From: Candidatus Brocadia sp.
GTDB lineage: Bacteria > Planctomycetota > Brocadiia > Brocadiales > Brocadiaceae
DNA length: 32,000 nt
Reading direction: 5' to 3'
NCBI GenBank assembly: GCA_021650915.1
Contig: CP091279.1
Coordinates: 2,160,001 to 2,192,000 of the forward strand
Part shown: positions 22,373-32,000 of the stretch, piece by piece
How the letters are laid out: every line of letters starts with the position of its first letter
Numbering within the stretch: the stretch's first letter is position 1
Translations under genes and position numbers: made by a program
The notes under the pieces: model-generated
The model's database searches: none
Told to the model about the DNA's origin: nothing
Seen by the model: only the letters and a program-made list of their open reading frames with translations

Positions 22373-22519
22373 TGCTATTATCTTTGTGCTTCCTTGCAGG
22401 AAGTTAATAAGAAAGAAGAGTCTTGCTGATAATGCCTTTGTGAAATCTAAGAGGAAATCGCGGATAAGGCGTGCCAGGATTATCGATTGTTTACAGAAGA
22501 AATCTCGGGAAGGATCCAG

Positions 22520-24043
22520 ATGAAAATTAGCGTAAAATTTGGAACTATTAAAACAGAAGACGCAGAGATACTGGTTTTCTACCTGTACGAAGGGATGAAA
22601 ATCATGGACAAATCTTTGGCTTATTGTGATAAGGCGTTGCATAATAGTATCTCTGAATTAATAAAGAAAAAAGAATTTATTGCCAGACTTAACAAAACAA
22701 TTGCACTGCCCACGTACGGAAAAATACCTGCAAAACGCATTCTGTTAGTGGGGTTGGGAAAGAAAAAAGAGGCAACGCTTGATAAAATAAGACAGGCCGC
22801 AGGCACTACCGTCAGTATTGTGCGTGATATGGGCATCAGCGAAGGCGTCGTAGTCGTAATGAGCTCCATAGATATTTCCGCGTCTTTGAGCGAGGAATGT
22901 CAGGCTTATGTGGAAGGCGCCAGGCTTGCTCTTTACAAATACCACAGATATAAATATATTCCACCGGAAGAACAACAGGAACTAACAACATTAACCCTCT
23001 TTTTATCAAATGGAGACGCGGCAAAGACTGTTCGTAATGCCGTCACCTGTGGACAAATTATTGCCGATGCCGTCTCTTTCACCCGCGATCTCATTAACAC
23101 GCCGTCCCAGGACAAAACCCCCGTTATCTTAGCTGATTATGCGGTTAAAATAGCCAAGGAATACGGTATGCAATGTAAAGTAATATCCTTGCCTGAACTG
23201 AAAAAGCTTGGCATGGGTGGTTTAGTAGGCGTCTCTCTAGGAAGCGTTCAATCACCTAAGTTTATCATCCTCGACTATAATGCCCGTGCTAAAAACCAGG
23301 ATACCCTGGTTTTTATCGGGAAAGGAATCACCTTCGATTCAGGTGGCATCTGCCTGAAACAAGCCAAGGATATGGATCAGATGAAAAGTGACATGTCCGG
23401 CGCTGCCGCGGTGATGGGGGCGATTATGGCTCTGTCTAAGATGAAGGCGCCTCAGCGTATTGTTGGCCTGATGCCATGTACTGAAAATATGCCCGGCGGT
23501 TCAGCAATGAAACCCGGCGATATCGTTAAATTTTATTCCGGCAAAACCGCAGAAGTTGTGAATACAGACGCAGAAGGGCGATTGATATTAGCAGATGCAC
23601 TGGCATATGCAGAAAACTATCACCCTCAGGCAGTAATCGACCTTGCAACGCTGACAGGATCTTGCGTGGTGGCTTTAGGTACCGTTGTCACTGGCATGAT
23701 GGGAAATAATGAAGAGTTGAAAAAAAGAGTTCAGATTGCCGGTGAAAAATCATGGGAGAGGGTCTGGGAACTCCCCCTGTGGGAGGAGTACCAGGAACAA
23801 ATCAAGAGCGATATTGCAGATATAAAAAATGTGGGCGGTCCTCATGGAGGAGCTATTACCGCTGCCTGCTTTCTAAGTAAGTTTGCAGAGAAATATCCCT
23901 GGGTGCACCTTGATATTGCCGGCACTGCATGGTGTGAAAAAAACGGTGCATATACCCAAAAAGGCGCTTCAGGCGTTGGAGTTCGTTTGTTGGTCCAATT
24001 AGTCAGGGACTGGGCTAAATTTCCCGGGAAAAATTCTCTGTAA
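22520..24043 (+). CDS. pepA: Leucyl aminopeptidase (M17 family)
   Basis: The NTDAEGRLILADAL signature is present, along with VFIGKGITFDSGG and MKSDMSGAAAV. ATG 22520 (MKISVKFG, with GGAAGGA upstream) is preferred over the ORF-track TTG 22487. Confidence 0.9.
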   Translation: MKISVKFGTIKTEDAEILVFYLYEGMKIMDKSLAYCDKALHNSISELIKKKEFIARLNKTIALPTYGKIPAKRILLVGLGKKKEATLDKIRQAAGTTVSIVRDMGISEGVVVVMSSIDISASLSEECQAYVEGARLALYKYHRYKYIPPEEQQELTTLTLFLSNGDAAKTVRNAVTCGQIIADAVSFTRDLINTPSQDKTPVILADYAVKIAKEYGMQCKVISLPELKKLGMGGLVGVSLGSVQSPKFIILDYNARAKNQDTLVFIGKGITFDSGGICLKQAKDMDQMKSDMSGAAAVMGAIMALSKMKAPQRIVGLMPCTENMPGGSAMKPGDIVKFYSGKTAEVVNTDAEGRLILADALAYAENYHPQAVIDLATLTGSCVVALGTVVTGMMGNNEELKKRVQIAGEKSWERVWELPLWEEYQEQIKSDIADIKNVGGPHGGAITAACFLSKFAEKYPWVHLDIAGTAWCEKNGAYTQKGASGVGVRLLVQLVRDWAKFPGKNSL

Positions 24044-24074
24044 GCAGTGCAGCAAGAACATCGTTGAAGGAACA

Positions 24075-26870
24075 ATGACCACAGAACACAATAATTATGA
24101 CAATGACATTGTTGTCAGAGGCGCCAGAGAGCATAATCTGAAAGGGATCAATGTTGATATACCCCGTGACCAGATTACGGTTATTACGGGCATTAGTGGT
24201 TCAGGCAAATCTTCCCTTGCGTTTGATACCATTTACGCAGAAGGGCAACGACGCTATATCGAAAGCCTTTCTACCTATGCACGGCAATTTTTAGATCAAA
24301 TCCAAAAACCAGACGTAGAACTCATCGAAGGACTTCCGCCTACGATTGCTATTGAACAGCGCACCTGCCCTCCCAGTTCTCGCTCTACGGTGGCGACCGT
24401 TACGGAAATCTATGACTATTTACGGTTATTATACGCAAGGATCGGCACCCCCTATTGTTATCAGTGTAAGTGCATTATCTCCCGCCAGACTATCGATCAG
24501 ATGATACAGAGAATCATGGAGATCCCTCAAGGAACGAAGATCACGCTCCTTGCACCTCTGATTAAAGGGAAAAAGGGCGAACACCGGGAGGTGTTTCAAT
24601 CAATACAGCAAAAGGGTTTTGTGCGTGCCCGTGTCGATGGCGAGTTGATAGATCTTACAACGATTCCAAAATTGGCGCGGTATAAAATCCATAAAATTGA
24701 CGTAGTGGTTGATCGGTTGATCATAAAAAACGATAGCAAGACACGCCTTTACAATTCGGTGGAAATATGTCTTAAAATAGGAGAAGGGGTCATGTTCGTA
24801 AGCCAGGAACGCGAAAAATCAGGGGCAGACCTCCTCTTCAGTGAACGATATGCCTGCCCCGCATGTGGAAGCGGTTACGATGAGCTAACGCCACGGATGT
24901 TCTCTTTTAACAGTCCTTATGGCGCTTGTCCTGGCTGCAATGGACTGGGAAACAGCCTGGATTTTGACCCAGAACTCGTTGTTCCCGACAAACAGAAAAG
25001 CATCAAGGAAGGTGCCATTGATGCATGGAAACACTGGGGAGCACTCACACAGAATCATTATGACAACCAAATCAAGGTGTTTTCAAAAACCTTTTCCGTT
25101 CCTTTACACAAGCCTTTTGGAGCACTAGCGAAAGAAACAACTGATGCCTTGCTCTTTGGTACAAAAGATTTTGAAGGAGTGATCCCTAACCTCAGGCGAA
25201 TCTACGAAAAAACAGCAACTGAACGTATTTTAAAACGGCTTTCCAGCTATATGAGCTATCGTTCATGCAATACCTGCAACGGAGCCCGGTTGCGGGTGGA
25301 GTCTCTTTCGGTAAAAATAGATCATAAGTCAATTCACGAGATTATGGATCTTACAATAGAAGAAGCCCTTGAATTTTTTATCACGTTAAAATTAGAGGGA
25401 AACCAGGAAATTATTGCCAGGCCAATCCTCAAGGAAATTCAAAACAGGCTCCGCTTTATGATGGACGTTGGATTACACTATATTACTCTGGGACGCAGCA
25501 GCGACTCCCTGTCCGGAGGAGAAGCCCAGAGGACAAGGCTTGCAACACAAATTGGCTCAGGTCTTGTCGGAGTTTGTTATGTTCTGGACGAACCCACCAT
25601 CGGGCTTCATCCACGAGACAGCGAACGGCTTCTGCGTGCGTTAAAAAATCTTCGTGACCTGGGAAATACGGTCATCCTCGTGGAGCATGACGAACATACC
25701 ATTCGTCATGCGGATTATATTATAGACCTTGGGCCGGGAGCTGGTGAGCGCGGCGGCAGTATTGTCACGTGCGGTACTTTATGTGAGATTACCGACAATC
25801 CTGATTCACTAACCGGGCAATATCTTAATCAAACCGTGAAAATTGAGCTTCCCGCTAAGAGACGCAGAATTAATCTGAGACATGCTCTTGAGATAAAGGG
25901 CGCCAGGGCCAATAACTTAAAGGATATTGCCGTGAAAATACCGTTGAAAATTTTTTGTTGTGTTACGGGAGTATCCGGTTCCGGCAAGAGCACCCTCGTT
26001 AATGATATCCTGTATCGGGCTATTTATAAGTTGTTGTATGATAGTCACGAGGTGCCCGGAGAGCATGATACCATTGTTGGTGTCGAACACATTGATAAAA
26101 TTATAGAAATCGATCAGTCCCCCATTGGACGCACACCGCGCTCGAATCCTGCAACATATACAAAGGTATTTGATATGATCCGTTCTCTTTTTGCACAGAC
26201 GCCGGAGGCAAAGGTTCGCGGTTATAATGCGGGAAGATACAGCTTTAACATTAGCGGTGGGCGCTGCGAGGCTTGTACAGGACAGGGAATAAAAAAAGTA
26301 GAAATGCATTTTTTGCCCGATATGTACGTTCTCTGTGAGGAATGCAAGGGGAAACGATACAACAAAGTAACCCTGGAAGTTACTTACAAAGATAAAAGCA
26401 TTTCTGATGTTTTGGACATGCGCATTGAAGACGCCCATCAGTTTTTTAAAAATATTTCCAAAATTGAACGGATATTACGCACGCTCAACGATGTTGGTCT
26501 GGGCTATATTAAATTGGGGCAGTCAAGCACCACCCTGTCCGGCGGTGAATCACAAAGAATAAAGCTTGCAACGGAACTTTCCCGTCAGGAAACAGGAAGG
26601 ACCCTCTACATTCTTGACGAACCTACAACAGGTCTCCATTTTGCGGACATTCAGCAGCTTTTAAAAATTTTACACAGACTCGTCGATATGGGAAACACGG
26701 TGCTGGTAATTGAGCACAACCTGGAGGTCATGAAAACAGCAGATTATATCATTGATCTGGGGCCGGAAGGCGGATCTCGGGGCGGCAAAGTTGTGGAGGC
26801 AGGCACCCCAGAAAAAATAGCAAAAAATAAACTATCTTACACAGGAAGATTTTTAAGAAAAGTCCTATAG
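24075..26870 (+). CDS. uvrA: Excinuclease ABC subunit A
   Basis: 931 aa. GISGSGKSSLAFDTIYAEGQRRYIESLSTYARQFL is present, with two ABC modules (LSGGEAQR / LSGGESQR; GVSGSGKST) and zinc-finger Cys clusters CPACG...CPGC and CEAC...CEEC. Confidence 0.97.
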   Translation: MTTEHNNYDNDIVVRGAREHNLKGINVDIPRDQITVITGISGSGKSSLAFDTIYAEGQRRYIESLSTYARQFLDQIQKPDVELIEGLPPTIAIEQRTCPPSSRSTVATVTEIYDYLRLLYARIGTPYCYQCKCIISRQTIDQMIQRIMEIPQGTKITLLAPLIKGKKGEHREVFQSIQQKGFVRARVDGELIDLTTIPKLARYKIHKIDVVVDRLIIKNDSKTRLYNSVEICLKIGEGVMFVSQEREKSGADLLFSERYACPACGSGYDELTPRMFSFNSPYGACPGCNGLGNSLDFDPELVVPDKQKSIKEGAIDAWKHWGALTQNHYDNQIKVFSKTFSVPLHKPFGALAKETTDALLFGTKDFEGVIPNLRRIYEKTATERILKRLSSYMSYRSCNTCNGARLRVESLSVKIDHKSIHEIMDLTIEEALEFFITLKLEGNQEIIARPILKEIQNRLRFMMDVGLHYITLGRSSDSLSGGEAQRTRLATQIGSGLVGVCYVLDEPTIGLHPRDSERLLRALKNLRDLGNTVILVEHDEHTIRHADYIIDLGPGAGERGGSIVTCGTLCEITDNPDSLTGQYLNQTVKIELPAKRRRINLRHALEIKGARANNLKDIAVKIPLKIFCCVTGVSGSGKSTLVNDILYRAIYKLLYDSHEVPGEHDTIVGVEHIDKIIEIDQSPIGRTPRSNPATYTKVFDMIRSLFAQTPEAKVRGYNAGRYSFNISGGRCEACTGQGIKKVEMHFLPDMYVLCEECKGKRYNKVTLEVTYKDKSISDVLDMRIEDAHQFFKNISKIERILRTLNDVGLGYIKLGQSSTTLSGGESQRIKLATELSRQETGRTLYILDEPTTGLHFADIQQLLKILHRLVDMGNTVLVIEHNLEVMKTADYIIDLGPEGGSRGGKVVEAGTPEKIAKNKLSYTGRFLRKVL

Positions 26871-26979
26871 CGAGGATGCAAAAGAATAAGGGGTTTGTCT
26901 TTTTGCTACTCTTGAAAGGGCTTTTAGAAGAGGAAGGTATTATTACCCCGTGATGCAACTTGCCATATAATGAGCAAGC

Positions 26980-27008
26980 TTGACATTCACGGTAGAAAAG
27001 AATATATT
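26980..27008 (+). promoter_or_regulatory. Sigma70-like promoter upstream of nifU-nifS
   Basis: TTGACA (26980-26985), 17-nt spacer, TATATT (27003-27008). This would leave a leader of about 120 nt before GTG 27135. Confidence 0.45.
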
Positions 27009-27134
27009 TATCTTTTAGGCATGAAAAATAGAAAAGCAAGGGGTGTCCGCCACCGACGGTACTTTGAAGGTGAGAATCGACCAAAAAAATATCGTACGGA
27101 AGTTTTCAAGTATTAATTTGGAAAGGAATACTGT

Positions 27135-27989
27135 GTGTGGGATTATTCTGAAAAGGTAAAAGACCATTTTTTTCGCCCAAGAAATGTGGGTGAAATTGAA
27201 AATCCGGACGCCGTGGGAGAAGTGGGCAGTTTGGCCTGTGGAGATGCGCTGAAATTAATGCTGAAACTGGATACGTCAGGCCGCATTGCGGACGTAAAGT
27301 TTAAGACATTTGGATGCGGTAGCGCTATTGCCTCTGCAAGCGCTTTGACGGAGATGGTTAAGGGAAAGACATTAGACGAGGCATGGAAAATTACGGACAA
27401 TGACATTGCAGAATATCTTGATGGATTGCCGGAACAAAAACTGCATTGTTCCGTGATGGGCAGGGAGGCCTTGGAGGCGGCTATTGCAAGCTACCGAGGA
27501 TTAAAAGAAGAAAAACCGGTTGAGGAAGGGATAATTGTCTGCAAATGTTTTGGGGTAACCGACAATAAAATCGCCCATGAGGTGAGAGAGCATAAATTGA
27601 CGACCATCGAACAGGTGACAAATTACTGTAAGGCGGGTGGCGGCTGCGGCTCATGTCATCCACAAATCCAGGCTATCATAGATGAGGTGTGGCAAAAAGA
27701 AAAGGAAAAGACACTGTTTGAAATGGCCAGAAAACCTGCTAAAAAACTGACTAATATTCAAAAGATGAAATTGATACAGGAAACCATAGAGAGAGATATT
27801 CGCCCTACTCTTCAATCGGACGGAGGAGATATTGAACTGGTTGATATCGACGGTGATCGTGTTATGGTCTCCTTTCGGGGAAGTTGTGTGGAATGTCCCA
27901 GTTCAAAAGTTACGTTAAAATCGACGGTGGAGGCGAAATTAAGAGAGTTTGTGACCGATACGGTTATCGTTGAGGAGGTGGTTTCATGA
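27135..27989 (+). CDS. nifU: Three-domain NifU Fe-S cluster scaffold (IscU-like N, BFD-type [2Fe-2S] middle, NifU_C)
   Basis: The protein starts MWDYSEKVKDHFFRPRN (GTG start). It has GSLACGD, FKTFGCGSAIAS and LHCS; a central CKCFGVTD...CKAGGGCGSC; and a C-terminal GSCVECPSS. Confidence 0.92.
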   Translation: MWDYSEKVKDHFFRPRNVGEIENPDAVGEVGSLACGDALKLMLKLDTSGRIADVKFKTFGCGSAIASASALTEMVKGKTLDEAWKITDNDIAEYLDGLPEQKLHCSVMGREALEAAIASYRGLKEEKPVEEGIIVCKCFGVTDNKIAHEVREHKLTTIEQVTNYCKAGGGCGSCHPQIQAIIDEVWQKEKEKTLFEMARKPAKKLTNIQKMKLIQETIERDIRPTLQSDGGDIELVDIDGDRVMVSFRGSCVECPSSKVTLKSTVEAKLREFVTDTVIVEEVVS

Positions 27990-29188
27990 AGGTGGTATAC
28001 GCAGACAACAATGCTACAACAATGGTTGCTCCTGAGGTTGTAGAGGCTATGTTGCCGTACTTTACAGAGTACTATGGAAATCCTTCAAGTATGCATACCT
28101 TTGGAGGTCAGGTAGCAAAAAAAATGGATGTTGCACGACAGCAGGTGGCGGAGATCATTGGTGCAGATCCGACGGAAGTCGTGTTTAGTAGTTGTGGTAC
28201 GGAAAGTGATAACGCAGCAATTTGGGGTATACTCCGGGCAAATCCGCGCAAGAGACACATAGTGACCACGAGAGTAGAACATTCTGCCGTCTACAATTTA
28301 GGTAAATATTTGGCTCAAAGCGGCTATCACGTGACAGAATTGGGGGTAGATAGTGATGGAATGCTTAATTTGGACGAATTATCTGATACAATACGGGAGG
28401 ATACCGCAATTGTGTCAATCATGTATGCAAATAACGAGACAGGGGTAATTTTTCCTATTGAGCAGATTGGCCAGATTGTAAAGAGCAAGGGGTCCATCCT
28501 CCATACCGATGCGGTTCAAGCTGTGGGTAAAATACCCCTCAATCTCTCGAAAAGTACAATAGACTTGTTAACCCTATCAGGGCACAAATTACATGCTCCA
28601 AAGGGGGTTGGCGCCCTCTTTATCAGAAAGGGAATTACCTTTACACCTTTTATTGTTGGGGGACATCAGGAAAAGAATCGCCGGGGAGGCACAGAAAATG
28701 TTCCTTCAATTATTGGCCTTGGTAAGGCGTGTGAATTGGCGAAGAGTTATATGGATGATGAATGGGTCGGGATAAAACAACTAAGGGATACGCTGGAAGA
28801 AGAAATTCTGAAAAAAGCGCCAGATGCCAGGGTTAATGGGCATAAAACGCAGCGCCTTCCCAATACAACGAATTTGAGTTTCGAATTTGTGGAGGGTGAG
28901 GCTATTTTGTTATTGCTGAACGAAAAAGGAATCTGCGCCTCATCAGGTTCGGCTTGCACTTCAGGTTCTTTGGAACCATCGCATGTATTAAGAGCTATGG
29001 GTGTCCCTTTTACCGCCGTGCATGGTTCTGTCAGGCTCAGTCTGAGTCGATATAACACCAGAGAAGATGTTCAATATATTATTGAACATCTCCCGCCCAT
29101 TATCAGAAGATTACGGGAAATATCTCCCTACGGCAGAGAAATGAAAATGAAAGAACAAGCCGCCAAGGTATCAGCAGGGATTCAGTAG
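27986..29188 (+). CDS. nifS: Cysteine desulfurase NifS (class I, PLD-dependent aminotransferase class V)
   Basis: YADNNATT is present, with SGHKLHAPKGVGALFIRKG (PLP Lys) and SSGSACTSG (catalytic Cys loop). The start overlaps the nifU stop in an ATGA overlap. Confidence 0.95.
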   Translation: MKVVYADNNATTMVAPEVVEAMLPYFTEYYGNPSSMHTFGGQVAKKMDVARQQVAEIIGADPTEVVFSSCGTESDNAAIWGILRANPRKRHIVTTRVEHSAVYNLGKYLAQSGYHVTELGVDSDGMLNLDELSDTIREDTAIVSIMYANNETGVIFPIEQIGQIVKSKGSILHTDAVQAVGKIPLNLSKSTIDLLTLSGHKLHAPKGVGALFIRKGITFTPFIVGGHQEKNRRGGTENVPSIIGLGKACELAKSYMDDEWVGIKQLRDTLEEEILKKAPDARVNGHKTQRLPNTTNLSFEFVEGEAILLLLNEKGICASSGSACTSGSLEPSHVLRAMGVPFTAVHGSVRLSLSRYNTREDVQYIIEHLPPIIRRLREISPYGREMKMKEQAAKVSAGIQ

Positions 29189-29251
29189 CGCATTTTCAGG
29201 ATAAATCTCTATCTGTTTCACGGTAGTTTTGGTAAAATAACCACAAAAAAC

Positions 29252-29279
29252 AAGGGCGATCTTCATGATCGCCCTTTCG
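29252..29279. terminator. Bidirectional intrinsic terminator between convergent nifS and htrA
   Basis: A perfect 10-bp stem, AAGGGCGATC (29252-29261) / GATCGCCCTT (29267-29276), with loop TTCAT. It is preceded by an A-run (CACAAAAAAC) and followed by TTT. Confidence 0.6.
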
Positions 29280-29312
29280 AATAATTATATTACGTGGTAA
29301 GACAAAAGAAAA

Positions 29313-30875
<1,563 letters not shown>

Positions 30876-30924
30876 AAGCAAAACTCCTTTAAAGAAAAGT
30901 TGAAACTTTTAATGAACAGAGAAA

Positions 30925-30953
30925 ATTCTATGTTAGATATAACTTTTTGTCAA
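30925..30953 (-). promoter_or_regulatory. Sigma70-like promoter for htrA
   Basis: Minus strand: TTGACA (30953-30948), 17-nt spacer, TAGAAT (30930-30925). About 50 nt upstream of the ATG. Confidence 0.5.
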
Positions 30954-31198
30954 ATCAAAAGTTGGGTAAGATTTCCATAAAGCTTGCATTCTCCCTTACT
31001 CGTTGATAAAATTGTCATAAATTATGTTGTGTGATGCATTGCAACCAGAACAAGCCTCTCTATGATACCCAGAAAAAGGGGAAAAGCAGGGCGTGCTTCC
31101 ATTCTTTTGCATGTCCATGTCTTGTAAAACATATTTTTCCTTAAAAACAGGAATCGAAACGTATTTTGTTCCAAGAAACATCAGGAAGAGGGGAATCT

Positions 31199-32000
31199 AT
31201 GAATTTGAAGAAACTCTATTGGATGACAATTATTGCCACGTGGGGTTCTTTTTTTTATCCGCATGAAAGGGCTTTTTCTTCTGATGTCTATTTTGCGAAT
31301 CGGGAGATTAAAAAGCAAATAGTAAGCGCTATTGAAGGATGTCGCGACTCTATAGATATCGCGGTTTCTGATATCACTGCCCATGATTTTCTCGCTGCCC
31401 TCGTTAAGGCGCAGAAACGAGGGGTAACCATCAGGATGGTGGTTGGCAAAAAGCCCGCTTTCATGAAAGAAAGTTTGCCGGCCATTGACAAGGATGGGAA
31501 GGTTGTAATCAAGGTCTTGTCTCAAAAAGGAAGAAGGCAGAATAATTTTGTGATTTTTGATTCTCAATTGCTGGCAATAGGGTCATATCCCTGGAGAAAG
31601 AATGCTAGTAATTATAATCGCTACGATCTGATTATTACCGACGAAACGAAATTAGTGGTTAAGTATCAAAGGGAATTTGACCGCTTATTTCAGGAGGAAA
31701 GGACCGCAAGCGGAGGAGTGAATGCGGTTATTGAAGAAAAAAAGAAGGAGAAACCTGCAGATACGGACACATCAGACATTATTCCAAAGGGCATGGATGC
31801 GATAAATCAGACGGTAGCGCCGAATTATAAGGCGCTTCTACCAGAAACACCGGATGGATTGATTGCCATGAGTTTTGAAGACTTTGATAAAGTCTTTGGA
31901 ATAGCAAGCGAGTTATCCGATGAGCAAAAAGAACGCTTGTGGAGCCGGTGTGAGGGGAAAAGAGTAAAGTGGAATGGCAAAGTGGCGTATCTTGGGTGGG
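31199..32000 (+). CDS. Secreted PLD/Nuc-fold (phospholipase D-like) protein with a degenerate HKD motif; 3' end outside the window
   Basis: This open frame is absent from the ORF track because it runs off the end; I translated it by hand and found no stop from 31199 to 32000. AGGAAGAGGGG precedes the ATG. A signal-like segment (LYWMTIIATWGSFF) is followed by a PLD-like layout: DVYFANREIKKQIVSAIEGCRDSIDIAVSDI..FLAALVKAQKRGVTIRMVV ... QNNFVIFDSQLLAIGSYPW ... LVVKYQREFDRLF. Confidence 0.65.
   Translation, partial: MNLKKLYWMTIIATWGSFFYPHERAFSSDVYFANREIKKQIVSAIEGCRDSIDIAVSDITAHDFLAALVKAQKRGVTIRMVVGKKPAFMKESLPAIDKDGKVVIKVLSQKGRRQNNFVIFDSQLLAIGSYPWRKNASNYNRYDLIITDETKLVVKYQREFDRLFQEERTASGGVNAVIEEKKKEKPADTDTSDIIPKGMDAINQTVAPNYKALLPETPDGLIAMSFEDFDKVFGIASELSDEQKERLWSRCEGKRVKWNGKVAYLGW

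Noticed and set aside
22331-22642. 103-aa minus-strand ORF and the TTG 22487 start for pepA
   Set aside because: The minus ORF overlaps the pepA start region and has no support. For pepA, the N-terminus MKISVKFG from ATG 22520 with a GGAAGGA SD fits M17 peptidases better than the 11-residue TTG extension.
25917-26438. 173-aa ORF antisense to uvrA
   Set aside because: It lies entirely within the highly conserved second ABC module of UvrA on the other strand.
27135-29188. nifU/nifS, considered as evidence of a nitrogen-fixation island
   Set aside because: No nifHDK/ENB or regulatory nif genes are in the flanks. The neighbours are uvrA and htrA, so the pair is best read as general Fe-S cluster assembly.
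31181-31567. 128-aa minus-strand ORF at the right end
   Set aside because: The opposite strand carries an 802-nt uninterrupted frame with a good SD, a signal peptide and PLD-like blocks. The minus ORF is its shadow.

Overview
The window is a 32-kb bacterial chromosomal segment with moderate to low GC by eye. AsmA, a lipoprotein amidase, HtrA and T2SS-type pseudopilins suggest an organism with an outer membrane. The housekeeping nifU-nifS pair and the 'CFASLAMT'-type hairpin repeats remind me of anammox-type Planctomycetes, but I cannot verify taxonomy. All family calls come from reading motifs in the supplied translations; no searches were run.

Layout:
(1) 1-5420 is a pile-up of insertion sequences.
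- An IS630 element has two ORFs joined by an A_AAA_AAA -1 slippery site.
- An IS66-type element is bounded by inverted repeats of about 62-85 bp. It carries a DUF4338 (Druantia DruA-like) gene plus a transposase broken by a 10-bp tandem duplication.
- An IS110-family DEDD transposase has a structured upstream non-coding end (bridge-RNA candidate). It is bracketed by two inverted copies of a 50-60-nt hairpin repeat.
(2) 5441-11225 is a five-gene minus-strand cluster: FAD oxidoreductase, stand-alone cNMP-binding protein, ABC_sub_bind periplasmic binding protein, HAMP histidine kinase, and a REC-class III cyclase. It looks like a self-contained cAMP signalling module.
(3) A lipoprotein amidase and a rhomboid protease follow, then a GC-rich nested-hairpin island in the convergent gap.
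(4) 13195-15533 is a translationally coupled secreted pair: a D/K-rich protein with MopE-type Cys/Asp repeats, and an alpha/beta-hydrolase (AHSQG).
(5) AsmA, a GspH-like pseudopilin with an acidic tail, GspG and GspE appear without other T2SS genes.
(6) Housekeeping genes follow: pepA, uvrA, nifU-nifS, htrA.
(7) A 3'-truncated PLD-fold gene with a degenerate HKD motif runs off the window end.

There are no rRNA or tRNA genes and no CRISPR array. The candidates I consider most novel are the DUF4338-bearing IS66 element, the IS110 bridge-RNA and repeat context, the cAMP module, and the secreted MopE-repeat/hydrolase pair.
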